From a bacterium (lineage in GTDB: Bacteria > Zhuqueibacterota > Zhuqueibacteria > Residuimicrobiales > Oceaniaggregativiventaceae): DNA of 64,000 nt. The stretch spans positions 97,630-161,629 of the forward strand of contig JAKQNP010000021.1 in the NCBI GenBank assembly GCA_029565675.1, in the 5' to 3' direction. Of this stretch, positions 27,842 to 36,792 are shown piece after piece. Positions within the stretch are counted from its first letter, which is position 1. Every line of letters begins with the position of its first letter. The translations under genes and the position numbers were made by a program. The notes under the pieces are model-generated. The model had not been told where the DNA came from. It did no database searches and saw only the letters and a program-made list of their open reading frames with translations.

Positions 27842-28129
27842 ATGGCACAAGAAGCATTGGGCATGGTCGAAACCCGCGGTTTTATCGCGGCAATTGAAGC
27901 GGCTGATGCGATGGTCAAGGCGGCCAATGTCGAATTGGTCGGCAAGGCCCAGGTCGGGAGTGGTTTGGTTTCTATCATCGTTCGCGGCGATGTGGGTGCT
28001 GTGAAAGCAGCCACCGACGCCGGTGCAGCCGCTGCGGAAAAAGTGGGCGAGCTGGTTTCTGTCCATGTGATTCCCAGACCGCATGCCGATGTCGAAAAAT
28101 TGCTGCCTGCCAAAGGCGTCAAAGCGTAA
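27842..28129 (+). CDS. BMC-H hexamer shell protein (PduA/EutM-like)
   Basis: [31 protein letters not shown]...[17 protein letters not shown] is a canonical single BMC domain. Confidence 0.9.
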   Translation: MAQEALGMVETRGFIAAIEAADAMVKAANVELVGKAQVGSGLVSIIVRGDVGAVKAATDAGAAAAEKVGELVSVHVIPRPHADVEKLLPAKGVKA

Positions 28130-28141
28130 AGGAGTTGCGCG

Positions 28142-28924
28142 TTGCAAAAATCCCTATTTGCCTTGAAGCGCGATCTGGTCGAGGTAGGGCGACGCGTCTA
28201 CGACCATGGTTTTGTCGCGTCCAATGACGGCAACATCAGCGCCCGGGTCGATAACGACCGCGTTTTGATTACTCCGACCGGAGTGAGCAAAGGTTTTATG
28301 AAGCCGGAAGAGATGGTGCTGGTGGACATGGACGGCAAGGTTTTGTCCAACACAGGCAAACCTTCTTCTGAAGTGTTCATGCATCTGCGGATCTACAAGG
28401 ATCGCCCCGATGTCAACAGCGTCTGTCATGCCCATCCGCCTTATGCGACGGGTTATGCGGTGGCCGGTCTGGCGATGGATAAATGCGTTTTGCCCGAAGT
28501 CATCATCGTTCTCGGCGAAATCCCTCTGGTTGAATACGGTACTCCCGGCACCGAAGAGTTTTATACACCGGTGCTCAAGTATCTCAAAGATCACGACGCG
28601 TTTCTGTTGGCCAACCACGGAGCCCTGACCATCGGCAAAGACATTTACAATGCCTACTTCAAGATGGAGACCCTTGATCACGCGGCCAAAATTCAGTTCA
28701 TCGCCAAACAGCTTGGCCATCTCAACGTGCTCAAGAGCCAGGACGTGGACAAGCTGATGGAGATTCGCAAACGGGCCGGCATTGCCACCTCCTCGCCCTG
28801 TCTCAGCTGCGAGGAAGACGGTTCCTGTGACATCACCACCGCCTGGTCTGGACCGGAGAACCAACCGGACCGCGAACAGCTGGTGCGCCAGGTGACTGAA
28901 GCCGTGCTCCGCCAGTTGAAATAA
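28142..28924 (+). CDS. class II aldolase (L-fuculose/rhamnulose-1-phosphate aldolase family) with a ~45-aa C-terminal extension
   Basis: TTG start. SNDGNISARV...LITPTGV...HAHPPYATGYAV...LANHGALTIG is FucA-like, with the zinc His ligands present. The extension SSPCLSCEEDGSCDITT...REQLVRQVTEAVLRQLK ends in an amphipathic helix. Confidence 0.85.
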   Translation: MQKSLFALKRDLVEVGRRVYDHGFVASNDGNISARVDNDRVLITPTGVSKGFMKPEEMVLVDMDGKVLSNTGKPSSEVFMHLRIYKDRPDVNSVCHAHPPYATGYAVAGLAMDKCVLPEVIIVLGEIPLVEYGTPGTEEFYTPVLKYLKDHDAFLLANHGALTIGKDIYNAYFKMETLDHAAKIQFIAKQLGHLNVLKSQDVDKLMEIRKRAGIATSSPCLSCEEDGSCDITTAWSGPENQPDREQLVRQVTEAVLRQLK

Positions 28925-29070
28925 CACCACAGCCGGACAAACGAAGAGATCCGTTTCGTCCGGCTGTTTTACTGATCCCGCCCAATTGCCGTTTTGCCGC
29001 TCGAAACATCTTGACAGGCCGGCGGCGAACGCCGCATTACTTTGTCTGAAACCTTAAGAGGTTTGCTGCG

Positions 29071-30282
29071 ATGAAACGACCCTTGCACCCGCTCAGGATA
29101 ATCGTCTGCAATATCGGCTCCAGCAGTTTCAAATTCCAATTGCTCGACATGCCGGCGGAACGCCAGCTGGCGCGTGGCTACACCGAGCGCGTTGGCAGCG
29201 ACGATGCCATCATCACCTACTGGGTCGGCGATCGTCAAGTCCTGCAAACCCGAATTGCGGTGCCCAGCCATCGCCAGGCCGTTCAGCACGCCCTGACCTT
29301 TCTGACCGATCCCGAAATCGGTCTGCTCGACAATCTCGATGCCATCGACGGCATCGGATTCAAGACCATTCAGGCAGGCGACAAAAACGGCTCGGTCCTT
29401 CTGGATGACGCGGTTCTTCAGGCAATGGAGGATTACCGCGATCTGGCACCGGCCCACAATCCGCCTTATCTCACGGCTATCTATATGTTTCGCGAAATGC
29501 TGCCCAAAACACCGCTGGTGGGTGTGTTTGAACCGGGTTTTCACCTGAACATGCCCCTGCATGCCCGCGTTTACGGCACGCCCTATGAATGGATCGAAAA
29601 ATATGGGGTCAAGAAATACGGCTATCACGGTGCCTCGCACCGCTATGTCACTGCCGAAACCGTGCGCGTGCTCGGCTTACCGGCCGACAACCATCGCGTC
29701 ATCACCTGCCATCTGGGCGGGTCGTCGTCGCTTTGCGCCTACAAAAATGGCAAATCCATCGATACCTCCATGGGATTCACGCCGCAATCGGGATTGATCC
29801 AGGGCACCCGCATAGGCGACATGGATCCGTTTGTTCTGCCTTATATCATGGTGAAAAAGGGCATCACCCTGGAACAGGCGCTGGCCGAGTGTTCAAAAAG
29901 CGGCGGGCTCAAGGGTTTGTCCGGAATTTCAGCGGACATGCGCGAGATCAAGGAGGCGATCGCCCGGGGCGATGCGCGTGCCAAACTGGCTTGGGATAAG
30001 TTTATCTATGACATCAAACGCTACATTGGCGAGTATCTCGTTCTGCTCGAAGGGGTGGACGCCGTGACCTTTACCGGTGGCATCGGCGAAAACAATGCCG
30101 ATCTTCGCGAGGAGGTGCTGTCGGCACTGCGATTCCTCGGCCTTGAGTTGGACAAGGCGGCAAATGCGGCGCATGCACAATTGATCACCACCTCAAAGTC
30201 CAAAATCCGGGCGCTGGTGCTGAAAACCGATGAAGAGATCGTGGTGGCGCGCGAGACGGTTCGGGTCATGTCCGGCAGTTGA
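29071..30282 (+). CDS. ackA: acetate (acyl) kinase
   Basis: [16 protein letters not shown] (the ATP-binding N-terminus of AckA) and [10 protein letters not shown]. Confidence 0.9.
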   Translation: MKRPLHPLRIIVCNIGSSSFKFQLLDMPAERQLARGYTERVGSDDAIITYWVGDRQVLQTRIAVPSHRQAVQHALTFLTDPEIGLLDNLDAIDGIGFKTIQAGDKNGSVLLDDAVLQAMEDYRDLAPAHNPPYLTAIYMFREMLPKTPLVGVFEPGFHLNMPLHARVYGTPYEWIEKYGVKKYGYHGASHRYVTAETVRVLGLPADNHRVITCHLGGSSSLCAYKNGKSIDTSMGFTPQSGLIQGTRIGDMDPFVLPYIMVKKGITLEQALAECSKSGGLKGLSGISADMREIKEAIARGDARAKLAWDKFIYDIKRYIGEYLVLLEGVDAVTFTGGIGENNADLREEVLSALRFLGLELDKAANAAHAQLITTSKSKIRALVLKTDEEIVVARETVRVMSGS

Positions 30283-30310
30283 GCGCCTGAACGATCAAAA
30301 CCAAGGAATA

Positions 30311-32131
30311 ATGATGATGAACAAGGAACAGGAATTCAAAAAAACGGCTTCGGTGCAACGCCTGGCAGGTACACTGCCAAAAATCGGTATCCGGCCGGTC
30401 ATCGACGGCCGTCGTCGCGGGGTGCGCGAATCGCTGGAAGATCAGACGATGGGCATGGCCAGGCGTGCCGCCGCTTTTCTCGAAAAGAATCTGCGCCATC
30501 CCAATGGTCTGCCGATTGAATGCGTGATTGCCGATACCTGCATCGGCGGTGTGGCGGAAGCGGCAGCAGCGGCAGATAAATTTGCCCGCACCGGTGTCGG
30601 CGTGTCGCTGACCGTCACTCCGTGCTGGTGCTACGGCACCGAAGTGATGGACGCCGACCCCCTGATTCCCAAGGCGGTGTGGGGATTCAATGGAACCGAG
30701 CGGCCCGGCGCTGTCTATCTGGCCGCCGCCCTGGCCGGCTATGCGCAAAAAGGGTTGCCCGCGTTCGGCATCTATGGCCGCGATGTGCAGGACGCTGGCG
30801 ACGATTCCATACCCGCCGATGTGGCGGAAAAATTGCTGCGTTTTGCCAAAGCCGCACTCGCCGTGGCGGAAATGCGCGGTAAATCCTATCTCTCCATGGG
30901 ATCGGTGTCCATGGGTATCGCCGGCTCGGTGGTGAACGACGATTTTTTTCACAGCTGGCTCGGCATGCGCAACGAGACCATCGATATGTCGGAATTCGTG
31001 CGCCGCTTTGAGGAAAAGATCTATGATCGCGAGGAATACGAGCGCGCTCTGACCTGGGTGAAAAAATATTGCCCCGAAGGGCCCGACCTCAATCCCGTTG
31101 ACCAGCAGAACTCGCGCCAACGCAAGGATTGGGAATGGGAAACCGTGGTCAAGATGACCCTCATCGCCCGCGATCTCATGGTCGGCAATCCGGTTTTGGC
31201 TGACCTCGGTTACGGCGAAGAAGCTCTGGGCCACAACGCTCTGCTCGCCGGATTCCAGGGCCAACGCCAGTGGACCGATCACTTTCCCAACGGCGATTTC
31301 ATGGAGGCGATTCTCAACTCCTCCTTTGATTGGAACGGCATACGCCAGCCCTATCTGGTGGCTACCGAAAACGACAGCCTGAACGGTACGGTCATGCTCT
31401 TTGGCCATCTGCTCACCGACACGGCGCAGGTCTTTGCCGACGTGCGCACCTATTGGAGCCCACAGGCGATCAAACGCGTCACCGGCAAAGCCGCTGCAGG
31501 CAAGGCGCAGGATGGCATCATCCATCTCATCAACTCGGGTTCAGCGGCGCTGGACGGCTGCGGCCGCCAGCAGCGCAACGGCCAACCGGCGATGAAACCC
31601 TTTTGGGATATCGAACCGCAAGAGGTCAAGGCTTGCCTCGAGGCCACCCGCTGGTGTCCGGCCAGTCTGGGCTATTTCCGCGGTGGCGGTTTTTCTTCCC
31701 AGTTCGTCACCGTCGGCGAGATGCCGGTGACCCTGTCGCGGCTCAATTTGGTCAAAGGCCTGGGCCCTGTGCTGCAGATCGCTGAAGGCTATACGGTCGA
31801 ATTGCCCGACGATATGCATCAGATTCTCAATCAGCGCACCGATCCCACCTGGCCCACCACCTGGTTTGCGCCGATTCTCACCGGAACCGGAGCGTTTTGC
31901 GACGTTTATTCTGTCATGGCCAACTGGGGCGCCAACCACGGTTCCCTCGGCTATGGCCATTTCGGCGACCGCCTGATTACCCTGGCCAGCCTGCTGCGCA
32001 TTCCCGTGTGTATGCACAACGTTGCCGAAGAACGGATCTATCGGCCGCATGCGTGGAGTGCCTTTGGCACCCAGGACCTGCAAGGTGCCGACTATCGCGC
32101 CTGTCAGGCCTATGGGCCGCTTTATGGTTGA
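30311..32131 (+). CDS. fucI: L-fucose isomerase
   Basis: Near-collinear with E. coli FucI ([24 protein letters not shown]..., [45 protein letters not shown]). The start is at the MMMNKEQ cluster (30311-30319). Confidence 0.9.
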   Translation: MMMNKEQEFKKTASVQRLAGTLPKIGIRPVIDGRRRGVRESLEDQTMGMARRAAAFLEKNLRHPNGLPIECVIADTCIGGVAEAAAAADKFARTGVGVSLTVTPCWCYGTEVMDADPLIPKAVWGFNGTERPGAVYLAAALAGYAQKGLPAFGIYGRDVQDAGDDSIPADVAEKLLRFAKAALAVAEMRGKSYLSMGSVSMGIAGSVVNDDFFHSWLGMRNETIDMSEFVRRFEEKIYDREEYERALTWVKKYCPEGPDLNPVDQQNSRQRKDWEWETVVKMTLIARDLMVGNPVLADLGYGEEALGHNALLAGFQGQRQWTDHFPNGDFMEAILNSSFDWNGIRQPYLVATENDSLNGTVMLFGHLLTDTAQVFADVRTYWSPQAIKRVTGKAAAGKAQDGIIHLINSGSAALDGCGRQQRNGQPAMKPFWDIEPQEVKACLEATRWCPASLGYFRGGGFSSQFVTVGEMPVTLSRLNLVKGLGPVLQIAEGYTVELPDDMHQILNQRTDPTWPTTWFAPILTGTGAFCDVYSVMANWGANHGSLGYGHFGDRLITLASLLRIPVCMHNVAEERIYRPHAWSAFGTQDLQGADYRACQAYGPLYG

Positions 32132-32162
32132 GTGCAGAACACAACAGAACAATGGGAAAAAA

Positions 32163-33647
32163 ATGGCCGGAGTTAATTATCTCGCCTTTGATTTTGGCGC
32201 CACCAGCGGACGCACGATTCTGGGCACCCTTGGCGATAAACTTGAATTGCGCGAACTAACCCGCTTTCCCAATCGGCAGATCCGCGCCCTGGGAACAACC
32301 TATTGGGATTTTCTCGATCTCTTCGAGCAGATCAAGCAGGGCCTGGTCTGTGCCGCTGGTGAGGGCCGGGCGATCCGCGGCATCGCAGTCGATACCTGGG
32401 GCGTGGATTTCGGCCTGCTGGCAAGCGATGGAAGCCTGCTCGGCAACCCGGTTTCCTATCGCGATCCGCGCACCGATGGCATGATGGAAAAGGTTTTTGC
32501 CCGTATTGCGCGCGACCGGATCTATCGCCTGACCGGCATCCAATTCATGCAACTCAACACTCTCTATCAGCTTTTTGCGCTGGCGCAAAGCCGCTCGCCG
32601 CAACTCGAGGCGGCCGAGACGCTGCTGTTTATGCCAGACCTGTTCAACTATTTTCTCACCGGCGAAAAGCGCACCGAGTACACCATCGCATCCACTTCCC
32701 AGCTGCTGAATGCGCAAAAGCGCAGCTGGGAAAGAGAAATTCTGACCGCGCTCGATGTGCCGCACTCGATCCTCACACCCATCGTGCGGCCGGGAACCGT
32801 GGTCGGGCCGCTGCTGGACGATCTCGCCAAAGAGACCGGTCTGGGCAGAGTGGAGGTCATCGCCGGCGCCGCTCATGATACCGCCGCAGCGGTGGCCGCC
32901 ACGCCGATGCAATCGCCCGGTGCCGCCTATCTCAGCTCCGGCACCTGGTCGCTCCTCGGCGTCGAAGCCGCCGAACCAGTGATCACCGTTGAGTCCCTGC
33001 ATCGCAATTTCACCAACGAAGGCGGAGTCAACGGCACCGTTCGATTTCTCCGCAATGCCATGGGTATGTGGCTGCTGGAAGGGTGCAAGAGCAGCTGGGA
33101 ACGGCAGGGCGGAAAATATTCCTATCCCGAACTGGTGGCTCTGGCCGAAAAAGCCGAACCGTTTCGCAGCATCGTCGACCCGGATGCGGATCTCTTTATC
33201 CATCCGGAGGAGATGCCGGCGGCGATCGATGAGTTCTGCCGCCGTACCGGTCAGCCGGTACCGGACAGCATCGGCGCCTTTGTGCGCTGTGTGTTCGAGA
33301 GCCTTGCCCTGAAATACCGCTTTATCGTCGAGGGAATCGAGGCCATGCGGCCAATACCCATCGATGTCCTGCACATCGTCGGCGGTGGTTCGCAGAATGA
33401 ATTGCTCAACCGCTTTACCGCCGATGCTCTGGGCATTCCGGTGGTTGCCGGACCTATCGAAGCCACAGCCATCGGCAACATCATGGTGCAGGCTGTGGCC
33501 ACCGGCCAGCTCGCCTCGATCGCCGAAGGCCGGGAGCTGGTGGCACGATCGTTCCCTATGAAGACGGTAGAATCCCGCGACACCGCGCAGTGGGAAGAGC
33601 AGTACCAGCGCATCCGTCCGATGTTTGTGCAGGGATTGGAGGGATAA
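32163..33647 (+). CDS. rhaB: rhamnulokinase-like FGGY-family sugar kinase
   Basis: LAFDFGATSGR, IAVDTWGVDFGLL, VSYRDPRTDG, GIQFMQLNTLYQLFAL, YLSSGTWSLLG and HIVGGGSQN follow E. coli RhaB closely. The start is at MAGVNYL. Confidence 0.85.
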   Translation: MAGVNYLAFDFGATSGRTILGTLGDKLELRELTRFPNRQIRALGTTYWDFLDLFEQIKQGLVCAAGEGRAIRGIAVDTWGVDFGLLASDGSLLGNPVSYRDPRTDGMMEKVFARIARDRIYRLTGIQFMQLNTLYQLFALAQSRSPQLEAAETLLFMPDLFNYFLTGEKRTEYTIASTSQLLNAQKRSWEREILTALDVPHSILTPIVRPGTVVGPLLDDLAKETGLGRVEVIAGAAHDTAAAVAATPMQSPGAAYLSSGTWSLLGVEAAEPVITVESLHRNFTNEGGVNGTVRFLRNAMGMWLLEGCKSSWERQGGKYSYPELVALAEKAEPFRSIVDPDADLFIHPEEMPAAIDEFCRRTGQPVPDSIGAFVRCVFESLALKYRFIVEGIEAMRPIPIDVLHIVGGGSQNELLNRFTADALGIPVVAGPIEATAIGNIMVQAVATGQLASIAEGRELVARSFPMKTVESRDTAQWEEQYQRIRPMFVQGLEG

Positions 33648-33649
33648 AA

Positions 33650-33745
33650 TACGTGTTAACGTGCTAACGTGCTAACGTGCTAACGTGTTAACATGCTAAC
33701 GTGTTAACGTGTTAAAGTGCTAACGTGTGAACGTGCGAACGTCCT
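33650..33745 (+). repeat. tandem octamer repeat (ACGTGYTA)x~12 in the 3' UTR of the BMC operon
   Basis: Units read directly: acgtgtta acgtgcta acgtgcta acgtgcta acgtgtta acatgcta acgtgtta acgtgtta aagtgcta acgtgtga acgtgcga acgtcctg. Confidence 0.8.
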
Positions 33746-33749
33746 GATG

Positions 33750-33785
33750 CAGCTGTCGTCCACCAATTGAGCGACAGCTTTTTTT
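33750..33785 (+). terminator. Rho-independent terminator of the BMC/fucose operon
   Basis: Stem AGCTGTCG / CGACAGCT with a 13-nt loop, followed by a T7 run. Confidence 0.7.
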
Positions 33786-33972
33786 ATTGCCACGTCCTTC
33801 AAGTCGTGGGATTTGGAAGACTGGCCCCCCTTTTGTTTCAGGAGGTTTTAGCCCCCGTATTTGCAGAGTAAAACGCTGCAGCCGCGGCCAATCGTTGTTG
33901 AAAAAGCTCTCCGTCGCGTCGAGGGAGAGTCCGCACGGTTGACCGGCGGCTCAAGAGAAAACGAGTTCGAAG

Positions 33973-34368
33973 ATGGAGCAAAAACAAGTAAATCAACCGC
34001 TAAAGGTTTTTTTTATCTTCATTGGCAGCCTGTGTGTGGCGTTGGGTGTGGTTGGGATGTTCTTGCCGGTTTTGCCAACAACGCCGTTTCTTCTTCTGGC
34101 TGCTTTTTGTTATGCCCGCAGCTCAGAGCGGTTCTATCGCTGGCTGTTAAACAATCGATGGTTTGGAGAATACATCAAAAACTATCGCGAAGGCAAAGGA
34201 ATACCCATTCAGCAAAAGATATTCACCCTGCTGCTGCTGTGGCTGACGATTGGATCCACAGTAGTTCTGGCGATTTCACAAGTTTGGCAGCGATTGTTTC
34301 TATTTGCAATAGCCCTGGGGGTTACGATTCACCTGCTAACGATTAGGACAGATCGGCCGGGTCGCTGA
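33973..34368 (+). CDS. DUF454 (YbaN-like) small inner-membrane protein
   Basis: FLPVLPTTPFLLLAAFCYARSSERFYRWLLN is the YbaN family signature. Confidence 0.65.
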   Translation: MEQKQVNQPLKVFFIFIGSLCVALGVVGMFLPVLPTTPFLLLAAFCYARSSERFYRWLLNNRWFGEYIKNYREGKGIPIQQKIFTLLLLWLTIGSTVVLAISQVWQRLFLFAIALGVTIHLLTIRTDRPGR

Positions 34369-34556
34369 TCTTCCAAGGTTCACAACCAGTCATTCTGCTT
34401 TTATAGAGAATCCCACCGAACAGCGAGAGCACATGCGGAATCGTTGCGGAGTTGAATTGGGAAATGTGCTTGCTTTGCATCGAGTTCGGGACTATTTTAA
34501 TGGAGAAAGGTAAATTGTTTTGAGATTCGAGTCGTGATGTTTTTGTCCGAGAACTG

Positions 34557-35855
34557 ATGGATGTGTTGATGGAAGAAACCAACTTGCCCAGAGATGAGCT
34601 GCATCGGCTCAAAATTGCGGTCGAAGAGCTCAGCATCCTCAACGATCTGGCGGTCGCCGCCGGCAGCACACTGGAAGAGGAAAAAATGCTCGACATCATC
34701 GTGCACAAGAGCATCAAGGCTTTGCATGCCGAGCAGGGCGCCATCCAACTGATCACCGAACAGGCCGACTCTCCCCTCAGGACTCTGATACGGGAGTTGG
34801 ATTCGAGCAGCCGAATTTTAGACTATAAAGTGGGCATCAACATCACCGGCTGGGTGCTCAAATACCAAAAGCCGTTGGTCATTGCCGATCTCGCGACCGA
34901 CACCCGTTTTCTGACGACAGAACAGGAGCGTTCAGAAATCCATTCGCTTCTCTGCGTGCCCATCCGCCATCGCGACCAGCTTTTAGGAGTGCTGATGGTG
35001 GTCAACCGCAAGGGCAGTGAGGCTTTTAGCGAAGATGACCAGCGTTTGCTCTCGATCATCGCTTCTCAATCCGGTCAACTCATCCACAATATGAAATTGC
35101 AGCAATCGGAGCTGGAAGAACGGCGACTCAAACAAGAATTGGAGTTGGCGCACAAGATCCAGCAAAAGCTCTTGCCAAAAGAAGATCCGACCTGCAGATT
35201 GTTTGAAGTCGCCGCTTGTTATGAACCGGCCGAAGCCGTAGCGGGTGACTATTACGATTATTTTTACCGCGATGAACAATTGAGTGGAATTGTCATTGCG
35301 GATGTCTCCGGGCATGGCACTTCGGCGGCGATGGTGATGACTCTGGTCAAGGGTATTCTCTGTTCTGTGACACAAAAAAATCAGTCGCCCGCCCAAATCC
35401 TTACAGAAGTCAATGCAATTCTTTGCAAAATACTGCCCCGTCAGATGTTCGTCACCATGATCTTCATACAGCTCGATCCCAGCCATAAACGTTTGCGTTT
35501 TGCCAGCGCCGGCCATACGCCGTTGGTTTTCTATCAAAACCAGAGCAATTCTTGCCAGATGATGGAATGCCGAGCGACGGCTCTGGGCCTCAAATCCGAG
35601 GTTCAATATGAAGAAAAAGAGCTGGCTGTTGCGTCGGGTGATTTCATCTTCGCTTATACCGATGGCGTAACAGAGGCGGCTGACGCAGAACACCAGCTGT
35701 TCGGTGAAGAAAGGCTTATTCACTCGGTGTGCGCCTCCTGTGCCGAAAGCGCATCGGATATCATTTGTCGTGTGCGCCAGGATGTGCGTGATTTCCTCGG
35801 CCATACCTTGCATGAAGATGATATCGCCATGATCGGCATCAAAATAAAACCTTGA
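34557..35855 (+). CDS. GAF-domain PP2C-type (SpoIIE/RsbU-like) serine/threonine phosphatase
   Basis: GAF region (INITGWVLKYQKPLVIADL...), then PP2C motifs (VAGDYYDYF, IADVSGHG, ASAGH, TDGVTEA). Confidence 0.75.
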   Translation: MDVLMEETNLPRDELHRLKIAVEELSILNDLAVAAGSTLEEEKMLDIIVHKSIKALHAEQGAIQLITEQADSPLRTLIRELDSSSRILDYKVGINITGWVLKYQKPLVIADLATDTRFLTTEQERSEIHSLLCVPIRHRDQLLGVLMVVNRKGSEAFSEDDQRLLSIIASQSGQLIHNMKLQQSELEERRLKQELELAHKIQQKLLPKEDPTCRLFEVAACYEPAEAVAGDYYDYFYRDEQLSGIVIADVSGHGTSAAMVMTLVKGILCSVTQKNQSPAQILTEVNAILCKILPRQMFVTMIFIQLDPSHKRLRFASAGHTPLVFYQNQSNSCQMMECRATALGLKSEVQYEEKELAVASGDFIFAYTDGVTEAADAEHQLFGEERLIHSVCASCAESASDIICRVRQDVRDFLGHTLHEDDIAMIGIKIKP

Positions 35856-35964
35856 CCACCAAAGCCAGTCAGAAATCCCGCACAAAGGATCGGAACCGAT
35901 TGATTCTCCATGGATAAGAAAATAAGGGTTGCGAAAGTTGCCTTTTTAATCCAGGGAAAACAGA

Positions 35965-36792
35965 ATGATCGGTCGAACCATTTCCCATTATCAAATCCTC
36001 GCCAAACTCGGCGAAGGCGGCATGGGGATTGTGTATCAAGCCGAGGACCTCAAACTCAAGCGCCCCGTTGCGTTGAAATTTTTACCGCCTGCCTTGACGG
36101 CTGACTCCGAGACCAAAAAACGATTCATACATGAAGCCCGAACCGCCTCCTCGTTGCAGCACAGCAATATCTGTACAATCCATGATATCGACGAAACCGA
36201 CGACGGACAGGTGTTTATCGTCATGGATTGCTATCAAGGCATGACCTTAAAAGAACGACTCGCACAGGGTAGCATGCCGACCGAAGAGGTTGTTCGCATC
36301 GCCGTGCAAATCGCTGCAGGTCTTGCGGAGGCACATGAAAAGGGAATCGTGCATCGCGACATCAAACCGGCCAATATCATGATCACGGACGCAGGTGTTG
36401 TCAAGATTCTGGATTTTGGACTCTCCAAGCTCGCAGGACACCCGGGCATTACGCGAACCGGGACAACCATCGGCACGCCGGCCTATATGGCGCCTGAGCA
36501 AGCACAGGGCAAAGAATCTGACTGCCGAACAGACATCTGGTCTTTCGGCGTCGTTTTGTTCGAAATGCTCAGCGGCCGACAGCCTTTTGCAGCCGAATAC
36601 GATCAGGCCGTTCTCTTTTCAATCGTCAATGAAGAACCCGCAGAGATCGGCAATTTTCGTGCGGATATTCCAGAGCACCTCATCGCTCTCTGCAAACAGT
36701 GCCTGGAAAAGGACAAATCGCCCCCAATCCATGGTGAAAGTGCTGGAATGGCTGAAAACAAGAGAGTCGCGATCCACGAAAAATGTGTTTAG
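35965..36792 (+). CDS. Hanks-type Ser/Thr protein kinase, catalytic domain portion; the gene appears frameshifted at a C5 run (36721-36725)
   Basis: YQILAKLGEGGMGIVYQAED...ALKFL; HRDIKPANIM; DFGLSK; GTPAYMAPE. The frame ends 23 codons after CLEKDKSP. Confidence 0.8.
   Translation: MIGRTISHYQILAKLGEGGMGIVYQAEDLKLKRPVALKFLPPALTADSETKKRFIHEARTASSLQHSNICTIHDIDETDDGQVFIVMDCYQGMTLKERLAQGSMPTEEVVRIAVQIAAGLAEAHEKGIVHRDIKPANIMITDAGVVKILDFGLSKLAGHPGITRTGTTIGTPAYMAPEQAQGKESDCRTDIWSFGVVLFEMLSGRQPFAAEYDQAVLFSIVNEEPAEIGNFRADIPEHLIALCKQCLEKDKSPPIHGESAGMAENKRVAIHEKCV

Noticed and set aside
30266-31525. 419-aa ORF on the minus strand
   Set aside because: Antisense to fucI, which is near-collinear with E. 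coli FucI. Shadow ORF.
33861-34346. 161-aa ORF overlapping the DUF454 gene in another frame
   Set aside because: The alternative frame (33973-34368) gives a clean YbaN-family membrane protein. This frame has no features.
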